64,000 nucleotides of DNA from Anthoceros angustus. Its lineage: Eukaryota; Plantae; Anthocerotophyta. Each line of letters begins with the position of its first letter. The first letter of the stretch is position 1. This document shows, piece by piece, positions 48,700 through 62,100 of the stretch. The position numbers were made by a program, and so were the translations under genes. The stretch is from assembly GCA_010909165.1 (NCBI GenBank), contig MU008174.1:496001-560000 (forward strand). Reading direction: 5' to 3'. The notes under the pieces were generated by a model that saw only the letters and a list, made by a program, of their open reading frames with translations, ran no database searches and was not told the origin of the DNA.

Positions 48700-50210
48700 A
48701 CCAAATGGTGAGTATTTCTGAGGCTCAAGGAGGACATGTCTATACCCACTGTGATGCCCACTATAGCTGTGGTGCAGAGACGAACTATAGCCAAGCTTAG
48801 CGGAGATTTTGAATTTAAGATCCGACTTGCACCATGTGCCACCCATGGATAGATTAAGGTTGAAAGGTTGGCGACTTGACAAGAAGAAATGTAAGCTCAA
48901 GAGTTTGATCAAGAAGGTTGAGGAGGCCTCACCATCCTTTACCTTGTCCAATTCTCGCCAGGGGCCTAATGCAAAGGCGCGGCTTATCTCCGACACATGG
49001 AGGGCCAGTCGGAGTATACCCGCTCTGGATTCTAAATCACGGGGTTTGAAAAGAGAATTGATGTGAGTGTTGGTGCGGTGGCAAGTGTGCACATGCAACT
49101 TGAACGAAAGTGTTTGCCTTATTGACGCAACCCTCTCCAAACCCGGTGTATTGCACCTCTTGGAGTATAAGTGCGCCAGATGTCGGCACTCGCCTCTTTG
49201 AGCATAAGCGCTAGTCATCCGCCACTTGGTACAAAGGTGTGTCCTGCGGTGTGCAAGTATATTAGGTCTTCTTTTGGGCTCAGATGCATGGGCTATGGGT
49301 TCGCAAATCACTGAAAACAGTGAAATGAGACATGTGCATTTATGAATGGTTGGGGCCAAAATGGGGTTCGGAGACAAACCCCTATGCTGAGAAACATTGT
49401 TCCTCCCTTTCCGCTTGTTCTTGAACTGCTCGTGCTTGAGCCCGTTCATGTCTTGCAACTTACAGCCTTCGAGCAATGTCAACTATGCACGTGGATCACT
49501 TTCTGTTGCAGGCTCAGCCCGGGGCTTTCTCAGGCGGCCTGGCTTTTTCTTAACGCCGCCCCTTGCTGCCAGCCCGCCTCGCGACCTCACACCCTAACGG
49601 GTCGGAGGCTCAACATCTGGAGCGGGTTCACATCAGCCAAGGATCTGGTCCTCTTGTGCAGCCTCGAGGAGACGGTGTCGCTATCCATGTTCTAGGAAAA
49701 TTGGAAAATTCTTTGCTGCAAAATCCCCAAGCCACCTCCACTGCAAAATTGCCGGTTCGCCCTCTCGCACATGCAGCAGGCAAGGCTAGTCACAATGACC
49801 AAATCACCAGCCACTCGCGTCTCACAAATGTCTACTCCGTATCCTCCAAGTATCAACTGGACAGTTCTCACACTCTTACGTGTTCAGCCTGTTTGGCCAT
49901 CAGGAATTACATAATTGCTCTATTGCATGCGTATTGATGGCTGATGAGAAATTCTTAGAGTCTTCTGGAAACCGCGGCTGGTCACAAGCTAGAAACCGAC
50001 CGATTGCTTCTCATGCATGTGAAATGGCGAATTTCTGGTTGCCCGACTCCACGACACATTCATTGGCATTTTGGACACCAAGCTCTGTCATTCCATTCAG
50101 CTCCTCTACAAGCCATTTCGTGTAGGTCATTCAAGAACTGTCCCGTCTTGCACACAGGTGCTCACAAGAAGCCAAGTTTGAATGGCTGTTGGGCTTCCCG
50201 CTTGCACGAC
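48700..50210 (+). mobile_element. Probable decayed L1-type LINE 3' part (zf-RVT and RNase H-like)
   Basis: CARCRHSPL...IRHLVQRC resembles the zf-RVT C-x2-C...H...C. RGWSQARNRPIASHACEMANFW resembles the RNase H end W.H..R..N..AH..A. Many stops. Confidence 0.4.
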
Positions 50211-50211
50211 A

Positions 50212-52030
50212 TGACTGCTAAATAGCCTGCCATATTAGAATAGCTTAAATAACTGGATAAATAAGATCAGTTATATAGCTATGGGTAGTTACTTAATTTC
50301 AGTTCAAGCAGTTTAACTACCGAAGCGCTACTATGCCTATATGGCTTATTTCCCCTTTATTGAATATAACGCTTTTCTCTTGTACTTGCTTCCTAGCCTT
50401 CTTACACATGCCCCGGCTTGGTTTGACCACCGCCTAGAGCTAGATCCCGCCATCCATGGCGTACACACACCCGCTTTTATGGTATCAGAGCAGATACTAG
50501 GCACTGCTGGGCGCGAGTGCACCCAAGATTCCATGATCCGGTTTGCCCGTCCTTACAATGCCGAGGCGTAGATATCAACCTTCTCCACTCAGGCCTTCAC
50601 GCCAGAACCCCGGGGCAGCCATCGAGGAGCCGCTTGCGACGATCGACTGGAGAGGCGAGAATCTACCCCGGCGATCAGAAACCGTTTCATGTGAGCATCT
50701 CGGTATGCTGCAGAGAGATCGCCCAGACCTCCCACGCCCGAGACTCGCTGAGGAGCACCAATCCTCATAGGGCAGCCAAGAATCGGGAGCCGCCACCGAG
50801 ATAGAAAGCATCATCTTGAGGCGGATCACGAATCGCTGAGGCGCGCCGGGAGGCGGGGACGATTTCATCAACCGCCTCGCCGACACCATCAAGGAGCTTC
50901 ACCTGTTGTGTGAAGGGCATTCCGCTGTGGAGACTATGTCGGTGAGTCGGTCAGATCCGTCTCCTCCGTGCCACCACATAAACTCTTCACTGCTTATGGG
51001 TGGATCTGCCTGGTATGATGAGTTCCTTGAGGACATTTCTTTCCTCTTTGCTGATGCTACAACTTATTCCTATTGGGATTTCTCACCACAAAACTTGTTA
51101 GAACTTGAGAGGCCCACTGGCATCCAACCACCTTAGTCATGTCGGAGCCAATCCACTGCTTGACTCCCCCTCAAGATAGAGTTTAGGGACAAAGACAGTG
51201 TTCAATGGTTCGATTATAGCATCCGGTTATGAGACTAACACAAATATTCGAGGAGCATGCCCTGCAGACGGATGTAAGTCAAGGTCCGCCACCCAAAGAC
51301 GAAATCCTAGCTTGGGAGGCGGAAGGATAGATCAATTCTCATTGCCTTGGATAGGAATATGATGCCCCACAATGCGATCAAGACAATGCCAGGCGGAAAG
51401 TGTTCAAGTCCATTTACCAGATAAGAGTTCAAGATCTCTTGTGCATCGCTTCTACAACCTCGGGATGCGAGATAATGAACTGTCGAGGCATACATTAACA
51501 AGTTTAGGACACTGCTAATCTTGCCTTTTGTGGTTTTGTGAGAGGTTCAAGCTGCCACATGCCTCTTGGCATCTTAAGTTATCAACACTTTGTCAAAATG
51601 CTACTATTCATTGTCCAGCGCATCTGCTGTGTCGGGCAAGTACCCAAGATCACTGTGGAGGAAGTAATTGGTGCACTCAAGAATGGACTAGGAGCTTGCA
51701 CAAGTCAAAGGGCTCAACCTCATCGACACGAGTTCTCTTTACATCTCGTGGAAGAGGAGGATTCGTAGGCGAGGTAGAGGACATGGAGCTTTTCAACCAC
51801 CTCGAGATGCCATCGCCAAGAAAACTTTCATAATCGGTAAAATACCGCCACTATGAGCGGATCGCCGAAGAAGAAGAATGGAGGCCGAGGCGTGACCATC
51901 CACCGAGAGCAACGTCACCATCGAAGGCTAAGCAGCCCACTATCCTAGCTTGATTGTCATCTACCCAAGTCCAATCGACTCTTGGTTTTGGACTCGGTGC
52001 AACTAGTCAACTATTTTGTTTTCATAGAAA
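50212..52030 (+). mobile_element. Ty1/Copia element 1, copy a: LTR, Met PBS, leader, degraded gag
   Basis: PBS TGGTATCAGAGC at 50480-50491 after an AT-rich ~270-bp LTR; the gag aligns with 55284-56225 but carries many small deletions. Confidence 0.8.
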
Positions 52031-54869
52031 TGCTCTATTGCATGCGTATTGATGGCTGATGAGAAATTTTAGAGTCTTCTCGAAAACCAGCCGGTCACCA
52101 GAAACCGACCATCGCTTTCTCATGCATGTGAAATGGCGACTGCCGTTGCCCGACCCACATATCTATTGGCATTTTGGACACCAAGCTCGGCCATTCCATT
52201 CAGCTCTCTATGCCATTTCCTGTAGGTCATTCAAGAACTCGTCTGTCTTGCACATGTGTGCTCACAAGAAGCCAAGTTTGAATGGTCATTGGCTTCCTGC
52301 TGTACGACATGATCGCTAAATAGCTCATATTAGAATAGCTTAAATAATCGGATAAATAAGATCGGGCTTATATAGCTATGGGTAGTTACTTAATTTCTTC
52401 CAGCTTTAACTACCGCGCTACTATGCCTATATGGCTTATTTCCCTTTATTGAATATAACGCCTCTTGTACTTGCTTCCTAGCCTTCTTACACATGCCCCG
52501 GCTTGGTTTGACCACCGCCTAGAGCTAGATCCCGCCATCCATAATACACACACCGCTTTTATGGTATCGTGAGCAGATACTAGGCAAATACCGGGCGCGA
52601 GTGCACCCAAGATTCCATGATCCTTAGCCTGTCTCACACGCCGAGGCGTGATATCAACCTTCTCCACTCAGCCTTCACGCAGGAACCCGCCTCAAGCATA
52701 TCCGAGGAGCCGCCTGCTTGCGACGATCAGATCGCTGGAGAGGCGAATCTACCCGCGATCGTAAACCGCTTCATGAGCATCTCAGTCAGGCAGAGAGATT
52801 TCACAAGAACCACCTCCCACGACGCCCGAGACTCGCACAGTGAGGAGCACCAATCCTCATAGGGCAGCCAAGAATCAGGAGCCGCCACCGAGATAGGAAA
52901 GCATCATCTTGAGGCAGATCGCCGAACTGCGAGGGCGCGCCAGGAGGCAGGACGATTTCATCAACCGCCTCGCCGACACCATCAAGGAGCTTCACCTGTT
53001 GTGTGAAGGGCATTCCGCTGTGGAGACTATGTCAGCGAGAGTCGGTCGCATCCGTCCTCTGGTGCCCTGCACCCTTCTGTAAACTCTTCACCTGTTTATG
53101 TCTGGTGGATCTGCCTGGTATGATGAGTTCCTTGAGGACATTTCTTTCCTCTTTGCTGATGCTACAACTTATTCCTATTGGGATTTCTCACCACAAAACT
53201 TGTTAGAACTTGAGAGGCAGAAACAGTTGCAGTCTGACTTCAATAGCATCCAACCACCTGTAGTCATGTCAGGAGCCAATCCACCTGCTCGTGCAGCACC
53301 TGTCCCCCTCAAGATAGAGTTTAGGGACAAAGACAGGTTCAATGGTTCTGATTATAGCATCTGGGTTATGAGACTAACACAAATATTCGAGGAGCATGCG
53401 CTGCTCCCGTAGACGGGATGTGTCAAGGTCACAAAGGCTACCCAGGTCACAGACTAAATCCTAGCTTGGGAGCCAAGGATAGGCGCTAGATCAATTCTCA
53501 TTGCCGCTTTGATAGGAATATGATGCCCCACACGATCAATGCTAAGACAGCTCATGACGTGTGGAAAGTGTTCAAGTCCATTTACCAGGATAAGAGTTCA
53601 GCATCTCTTGTGCATGCGCACAGAGACTTCTACAACCTCAGGATGCTAGATAATGAACCCCGCCGAGGCATACATTAACAAGTTTAGGACACTGCTAATC
53701 TTGCCTTTTGTGGCACGCTTTTGACAGAGGTCTGTCGCCACATGCCTCTTGGCATCTTTTACCGGAGAGTTATCAACACTTTGTCGGAGCCAAATGCTAC
53801 TATTCACGCACTGTCCAGCGACCGCGACCGCAAGTACCCAAGATCACTCCGAGGAAGTAATTGGTGCACTCATTTCTCAAGAATGGACTAGGAGCTTGCA
53901 CAAGTCAAAGGGCTCAACCTCATCCAAAGACACGAGTTCTCTTTACATCTCGTGGAAGAGGAGGATTCGTAGGCGTAGGTAGAGGACATGGAGCTTTTCA
54001 ACCACCTCAATGAGATGCCGCCAAGAAAACTTTCATATGTAATCAAAATACCGCCACTATGAGCGGATCGCCGGAAGAAGAAGAACAGAGCCGAGGCGTG
54101 ACCATCCACCGAGAGCAACGCCACCATCAAGGCTAAGCAGCCCACTATCCTAGCGCTTGATTGTCATCTACCCAAGTCCAACTGACTCTTGGTTTTGGAC
54201 TCGTGCAACTAGTCACATTTGTTTTCATAGAAATGCCTTTTCTACTTTCACTCCTTCTAGTGACGCTAAATGTTTGTGCCTAGGTGATGACAAGGCTTCC
54301 ATCAAGGGAATGGGTTCAGCTACCATAGCCCTGCACTCTTCAAACCTCACACTTACCAAGTTCTTTATGTTCCTCTATGACTAAAAACCCCGATGTCCGC
54401 TTTTGAAGCTGAGCACAAAACCTGAAAGTGAGTTTTGATCAAGCATGTGTCGCGTCTCCCATTCCGTGTTAGGTCGACTTTGTTCACCGGTTCTCCCCAT
54501 CATGAACTTATTTGTTGAATGTTGAATGCTTGTTCTCCCTTCACATTTAGTTCATTCCACAGTCGACCTCTACTCAACTCCTGCACCGCCGCTTAGGTCA
54601 CGTTAATTTCTGGCCTAGGATCACTCTAAGGGTGAGACTTATAGAGAACCACTCTCTTTTCCTTTGACAAAGATGCCTCTCATGAGGCCTGTGACTTAGT
54701 AAAGCACACTCTCTTCCCTTCAAGGATAAGGCTCTTAGCTATGCTCGATGGTTTGTTACACACTGTGTATAGCGACATCCGTGGCCCCATGTCTACTTCC
54801 TCATTTGGTGGTGCCAACTACTTTCTCGCCTTTTATTGACGAATGGAGCCATATCGTAGTCTTTCTCGA
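52030..54869 (+). mobile_element. Duplicate block: LINE end plus Copia element 1, copy b (LTR, gag, protease, integrase start)
   Basis: Restarts at the sequence of ~49915. PBS-like TGGTATC at 52562, KIEFRDKDRFNGSDYSIWVMRL, SWFWTRATSHICF, HSDI.GP...FID. Confidence 0.85.
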
Positions 54870-55123
54870 TGAAATATATCTAGGTTAGGCACTATTCATT
54901 AGGGCGCCTTACTTAAACATTATTATATATCTAGGGCATTAAGTAGTTACTTAATTAGTTGCTCTAGGTAGTTAGTTGTTATATTAGTTAACAACGATTA
55001 TAACAACTTATGGTTATAACCGCCTAACCACCTAACCACCTTGCCTATAAATAGGCTTTGTACTTATTATATACATTGTAATGCAAGCATCTTTTATGCT
55101 AGAGCTTAGCATGATTTTCATCA
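54870..55123 (+). mobile_element. Copia element 2 LTR (copy 1) with Met-type PBS
   Basis: TGAAATATATCTAGG...TATAAATAGG...TTTTCATCA, then TGGTATCGGCAGC. Confidence 0.85.
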
Positions 55124-55309
55124 TGGTATCGGCAGCTTTGCTCTTGATGCTAGAGCTACTTTCCTATTTCCTCCTAAGGCATCCATTCTCCTATGCTTCC
55201 TTTCCAATTAGATCTTTAAATGGAACTTCTATGCTGGAGATCTCGCCAGCAAAATGGATCAAGCTCAGATCATGCTTTGAAGGATGCACAATTGTAGTCA
55301 TGTCGAGCC

Positions 55310-56942
55310 AATCCACTGCAGCAAGACCTCGTCCCTCAAGATAGAGTTTAGGGACAAAGACAGGTTCAATGGTTCTGATTATAGCATCTGGGTTATGAGA
55401 CTAACACAAATATTCGAGGAGCATGCGCTGTTCCCAGCCGTAGACGGGACAGAAGTCAAGGTCACAGTGCCACCTAGGTCAGCAGACGAAATCCTAGCTT
55501 GGGAGCGGAAGGATAGGCGTGCTAGATCAATTCTCATTGCTGCCTTGGATAGGAATATGATGCCCCACACGATCAATGCTAAGACAGCTCATGACGTGTG
55601 GAAAGTGTTCAAGTCCATTTACCAGGATAAGAGTTCAGCATCTCTTGTGCATGCGCACAGAGACTTCTACAACCTCAGGATGCGAGATAATGAACCTGTC
55701 GAGGCATACATTAACAAGTTTAGGACACTTCGTGCTAATCTTGCCTTTTGTGGCACAGTTTTGACAGAGGTTCAAGCTGCCACATGCCTCTTGGCATCTT
55801 TACTGGAGAGTTATCAACACTTTGTCGGGAGCCAAAATGCTACTATTCACGCAGCTGTCCAGGCGACTGCGACTGGGCAAGTACCCAAGATCACTCTGGA
55901 GGAAGTAATTGGTGCACTCATTTCTGAAGAATGGACTAGGAGCTTGCACAAGTCAAAGGGCTCAACCTCATCCAGTACACGAGTTCTCTTTACATCTCGT
56001 GGAAGAGGAGGATTCAGAGGCAGAGGTAGAGGACATGGAGCTTTTCAACCACCTCAGCGAGATGCCACTGCCAAGAAAACTTTCATATGTAACTGGTGTA
56101 AAATACCTGGCCACTATGAGCGTGACTGCCGGAAGAAGAAGAATGCAGAGCCGAGGCGTGACCATCCACCTGAGAGCAACGCCACCATCAGCAAGGCTAA
56201 GCAGCCCACTATCCTAGCAGTTTGATTGTCATCTACCCAAGTCCAATCTGACTCTTGGTTTTTGGACTCTGGTGCAACTAGTCACATTTGTTTTCATAGA
56301 AATGCCTTTTCTACTTTCACTCCTTCTAGTGACGCTAAATGTTTGTGCCTAGGTGATGACAAGGCTTCCATCAAGGGAATGGGTTCAGCTACCATAGCCC
56401 TGCACTCTTCAAACCTCACACTTACCAAGTTCTTTATGTTCCTCTATGACTAAAAACCCCGATGTCCGCTTTTGAAGCTGAGCACAAAACCTGAAAGTGA
56501 GTTTTGATCAAGCATGTGTCGCGTCTCCCATTCCGTGTTAGGTCGACTTTGTTCACCGGTTCTCCCCATCATGAACTTATTTGTTGAATGTTGAATGCTT
56601 GTTCTCCCTTCACATTTAGTTCATTCCACAGTCGACCTCTACTCAACTCCTGCACCGCCGCTTAGGTCACGTTAATTTCTGGCCTAGGATCACTCTAAGG
56701 GTGAGACTTATAGAGAACCACTCTCTTTTTCCTTTGACAAAGATGCCTTCTGTGAGGCCTGTCAGCTTAGTAAAGCACACTCTCTTCCCTTCAAGGATAA
56801 GGCTCTTAGCTATGCTGATGGTTTGTTACACACTGTGCATAGCGACATCTGTGGCCCCATGTCTACTTCCTCATTTGGTGGTGCCAACTACTTTCTCAGC
56901 TTTATTGACGAATGGAGCCGTTACTGTGTAGTCTTTCTCTGA
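55310..56942 (+). mobile_element. Copia element 1, copy c: intact gag ORF to 56225, then protease, GAG-pre-integrase and integrase start
   Basis: RFNGSDYSIWVMRL, KTAHDVWKVF, LRMRDNEPVEAYINKF, CNWCKIPGHYERDC, TGA, WFLDSGATSHIC, CEACQLSKAHSLPF, VHSDICGP. Confidence 0.92.
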
Positions 56943-57197
56943 TGAAATATATCTAGGTTAGGGCACTATTCATTAGGGCGCCTTACTTAAACATTATTAT
57001 ATATCTAGGGCATTAAGTAGTTACTTAATTAGTTGCTCTAGGTAGTTAGTTGTTATATTAGTTAACAACGATTATAACAACTTATGGTTATAACCGCCTA
57101 ACCACCTAACCACCTTGCCTATAAATAGGCTTTGTACTTATTATATACATTGTAATGCAAGCATCTTTTATGCTAGAGCTTAGCATGATTTTCATCA
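56943..57197 (+). mobile_element. Copia element 2 LTR (copy 2) with PBS
   Basis: Same TG...CA unit as 54870-55123, followed by TGGTATCGGCAGC. Confidence 0.85.
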
Positions 57198-58315
57198 TGG
57201 TATCGGCAGCTTTGCTCTTGATGCTAGAGCTACTTTCCTATTTCCTCCTAAGGCATCCATTCTCCTATGCTTCCTTTCCAATTAGATCTTTAAATGGAAC
57301 TTCTATGCTGGAGATCTCGCCTTTGGCAGCAAATGGATCAAGCTCAGATCATGCTTTGAAGGATGCACAATTTGTGCATCAAATCCTGCCCTTGCACCAT
57401 GAATTCACCAAATCCCACTAAACAAGGAGTTTGGAGAAATATCAAGGCCGCAAGGCAAGAGAAGCGACAGAAGGACCACAAAAACAACAAAGTGCATGGT
57501 GTGAAGAGCTTGAAGTAGTCTCTAAACAAGTTGCTAATTTCATTGGATCTATTTTGATTAAGTCACCGGATCAAGGGAATTTGATTAGACTTGCTAGACA
57601 AGACCTACTTACCTCTTTTGATTTATTGCAAGTTTCTGCAATCCAATTAGCTCTTCAACATATTCCTAACTTGGTTGCTGGCCCTTCATTTCCCGGCTTG
57701 AATAATTTGCTAGAAACTCTTGGTTGCATAAAGAGTGACATTAGACTTACCCAAAAATCCAATCATTCTAATTTTGCCTCTTTGCAACAAGAAATTAGCA
57801 ATATTCGAGATCATCTAGATAGGCTCCTTCCCAAAGGAGACTCTGATTTTGATGATGAGACAGATATTCCAGTAAATATAGCTGGCCAAGCCGAGATGAT
57901 CTGCTCCGAATGCGCATGTCCTTTCTCCGCCCGCGGCGATCGGAAACCAAGTGCGCCTATCGGACAAATTAATCCTATTTTGAACTCACTGCGATGGAGT
58001 GAATGTTGACGACGATATTAATCAACTTGAAAAGTTAAAAGCGCTAGAGGAGCAAAAGGCCAAATGGCTTGAAGATGAGAAGAAGAGTTGGGAAAAGGCT
58101 AAAGAAAGAAAAACTCAAACATGATCCAAAGACGCCAACGTGGTTCATGGAGATAGCTTTAAGGAAAGGATAGATTCAATGGAAAAGGATATGATGTATG
58201 GAGTATTCGCATGAAAGGAGTATTGCGCGTGAACTATGGGATATAGTGAGTGGTTCCAATGATCGTCCCATGTGGGATTCGACTCATAGAAGAATGGGAC
58301 AATAAGGATCGAAGG
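57198..58315 (+). mobile_element. Copia element 2 5' region with unusual pre-gag ORF (truncated copy)
   Basis: ORF 57431-58009, helical/coiled-coil-like with CSECAC; aligns with 59370-60470. Confidence 0.7.
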
Positions 58316-59111
58316 CGTGACCATCCACCTGAGAGCAACGTCACCATCAGCAAGGCTAAGCAGCCCACTATCCTAGCAGTTTGATTGTCATCTACCCAAG
58401 TCCAATCTGACTCTTGGTTTTTGGACTCTGGTGCAACTAGTCACATTTGTTTTCATAGAAATGCCTTTTCTACTTTCACTCCTTCTAGTGACGCTAAACA
58501 GTTTGTGCTTCTAGGTGATGACAGTGGGCTTTCCATCAAGGGAATGGGTTCAGTTACCATAGCCTTGCCAGACTCTTCAAACCTCACACTTACCGAAGTT
58601 CTTTATGTTCCCTCTATGACTAAAAACCTGATGTCCGTTTTGAAGTTGACACAGGAGCACAGCTGCCGAGTGAGTTTTGATCAGTAAGGGTGTCATGTCT
58701 CCCATTCCAGGTTAGGTCAGACTTTGTTCACTGGTTCTCCCCATCATGAACTTTATTTGTTGAATGTTAGAACAGTTGTTCTCCCTTCACATTTAGTTCA
58801 TTCCACACAGTCGACCTCTACTCAACTCTGGCACTGCCGTTTAGGTCACGTTAATTTCCAGCGTCTAGGATCACTCCTGAAGGGTGAGACTTATAGAGAA
58901 CCACTCTCTTTTTCCTTTGACAAAGATGCCTTCTGTGAGGCCTGTCAGCTTAGTAAAGCACACTCTCTTCCCTTCAAGGATAAGGCTCTTAGCTATGCTG
59001 ATGGTTTGTTACACACTGTGCATAGCGACATGTGCCCCTGCTTCCTCATTTGGTGGTGCCAACTACTTTCTCGCCTTTATTGACATAATGGAGCCAATTC
59101 TTTTCTCTCGA
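58315..59111 (+). mobile_element. Copia element 1, copy d: gag end, protease, GAG-pre-integrase, integrase start
   Basis: SWFLDSGATSHICF...VLYVPSMTKNLMSV, LWHCRLGHVNFQRL, CEACQLSK. Confidence 0.9.
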
Positions 59112-62100
59112 TGAAATATATCTAGGTTAGGCACTATTCATTAGGGCGCCTTACTTAAACATTATTATATATCTAGGGCATTAAGTAGTTACTTAATTAG
59201 TTGTCCTAGTTGGTTAGTTGTTATATTAGTTACAACCAAGCTGGTTATAACTTATGGTTATAACGCCTAACCACCTAACCACCTTGCCTATAAATAGGCT
59301 TTGTACTTTCTATTATATACATTGTAATGCAAGCATCTTTTATGCTAGAGCTTAGCATGATTTTCATCATGGTATCGAGACTTTGCTCTTGATGCTAGAG
59401 CTACTTTCCTATTTCCTCCTAAGGCATCCATTCTCCTATGCTTTCTTTCCAACTAGATCTTTAAATGGAACTTCTATGCGCTGGAGATCTCGCCTTTGGC
59501 AGCAAATGGATCAAGCTCAGCATCATGCTTTAAGGATGCACAATTTGTGCATCAAATCCTTGCCCTTGCACCATGGATTCTCCAAATCCCACTAAACAAG
59601 GAGTTTGGAGAAAGATCAAGGCTGCAAGGCAAGAGAAGCGACAGAAGGACCACAAAACAACAAAGTGCATGGGCTGAAGAGCTTGAAGTAGTCTCTAAAC
59701 AAGTTGCTAATTTCATTGGATCTATTTTGATTAAGTCACCGGATCAAGGGAATTTGATTAGACTTGCTAGAGAGACCTACTTACCTCTTTTGATTTATTG
59801 CAAGTTTCGCAATCCAATTAGCTCTTCAACATATTCCTAACTTGGTTGCTGGCCCTTCATTTCCGGCTTGAATAATTTGCTAGAAACTCTTGGTTGCATA
59901 AAGAGTAACATTAGACTTACCCAAAAATCCAATCATTCTAATTTTGCCTTTTGCAACAAGAAATTAGCAATATTCGGGATCATCTAGATAGGCTCCTTCC
60001 CAAAGGAGATTGATTTTGATGATGAATATTCCAGATAAATATCTGGCCAAGATGATGCACTCGGTCGCATGTCCCTCCGGCGATCGAAACCAAGTGCCTA
60101 TCGGACAAATTAATCGTCTATTTTGAACTCACGATGGCTGGAGTAAATGTTGACGACTCGATATTAATCAACTTGAAAAGTTAAAAGCGTTGGCTAGAGG
60201 GAGGCCAAATGGCTTGAAGATGAGAAGAAGAGTTGGGAAGCCGAAAAAGAAAGAAAGAAAACTCAAACATGATCCAAAGACGTCAGCACGGTGGTTCATG
60301 GAGATAGCTTTAAGGAAAGGATAGATTCAATGGAAAAGGATATGATGTATGGAGTATTCGCATGAAAGGAGTATTATGCGTGAACTATGGGATATAGTGA
60401 GTGGTTCCAATGATCGTCCCATGTGGGATTCGACTCTATAGAAGAATGGGACAATAAGGATCAAGGCCCAAGATATTCTAGTGAGTGGACTTTCGAATCC
60501 ATGGTTCGCCAAGTTTTAGCCGATTCCTCCAAGGACATGTGGGACCGCCTTGCCCCGATTATATTCATCTAAGGATGTAATGAGCTTGTTGTCACCGCAA
60601 TTTTCATAATCTCAAGATGAGAGAATGACTCCATTGACAATCATATCGGCATTTTCGAATCGCCAAGTCCAACCTTGAAGCGACATCAAGTTGTTGGAAC
60701 AATCTGTTTTATGACTCTTCTCTCTACCACCCTCCTAGGCTTTCGTGACTCTCAGTTCTCCGAGCGCTGAAAATCATGAAGCCTCGGTGATGCCGACGGA
60801 TTTAAGCGTCAATTGATTGGAGCAATCATACGGAGGACCAAAGTCGTCGAATCCGGATCAACCCGACGCGGTGATGTTCACTTTGGAAGGGGTAGAGGAA
60901 GAGGTCGAGGCCGAGGTCGCGGCGGAGGACTGTTTCTTCACGACCCAATCCCAACCAATATTCACAGGGCGGTGAATACTCGTCTTCTTCAGCACCTGCA
61001 AGAGGTAATAAGAAGGCGGAGTTGTAATGGTGGTGCGTAGCGAACCATATGGAGAAGGACGCAAGAAAAGAAGAACGGCGAGCCTAGGAAGGAGGCCGCT
61101 CGAGCGCATGTTGTAGTGAAGAAACAATCTTCCACAACAGCTCTCACATGCATGGCATCATCAAAGCCATCAAACCAATATTGGTATTTAGACGGGAGCT
61201 ACATCACATATCTGTCACAACAAAACTCTTTTGAGTCTTATTATTCGCGACCACGGGACACTGTCCTCTTGGCGATGATCACAACCTCCCATCTCGGTGT
61301 AGGTTCGATTGTTCTCGGATGTTCTTGAGGCCAAGTTCTCTCTTCCCATGTCCTTCACGTACCATCCATGTGTAAAAATCTAGTGTCTGCTAGCTTATGT
61401 TAGAACATAGCATGCAAGTCATTCTTCATGCGAGATAGTTGTCTTATTTCCCATCTCACAAGTAAGTCACATACTATCTCGCTCCGGCACTAGAGGACGG
61501 CCTATACAAACTATCATCCAAGTGGGTCCCTTACATAGCATGAATGTAGCCACCCACAGTTACACCTCCTCCAACACCACACTTTGGCATTGCCGACTAG
61601 GTCATCCTAATAGCCAAAAACTCATCCAAATGTCTAAGGGAAATTTTTATAGAACACCTTCCCTATCCAAGATAGAACCCTATCCTGCGAGCTGTCACCA
61701 CCAAAAGGCACCTCCTTCCACAACCACTCTCCCTGAACAGCACCCTTGAGTTGGTCCACACGACATTTGCGGCCCTATTTACGCACCATCCTTTAGGTTG
61801 CATATTTCTTAACATTCATAGATGATTATTCTCGCTTTGTCCTCACATACATCCGAAACACAAAAGCCAAGCCTTTCTTTTCAAGGACTACATGATGTGG
61901 GCGAGAGAGACTTCTGAAAACTCAAGACCCTCCGTTCCGACAATGGAGGAGAGTTTACATCTCATGAATTTGCTGATTTTTGTCGAGCTGAAGGCATAGC
62001 TCAAAAACTCACGTACATACCTCAAAAAGCGTAGCGAGAGAATAAGAACTTACGCCTTCAAGAGATACCAGGTTGCTTGCTCTCCCAAGCTAGATTATCC

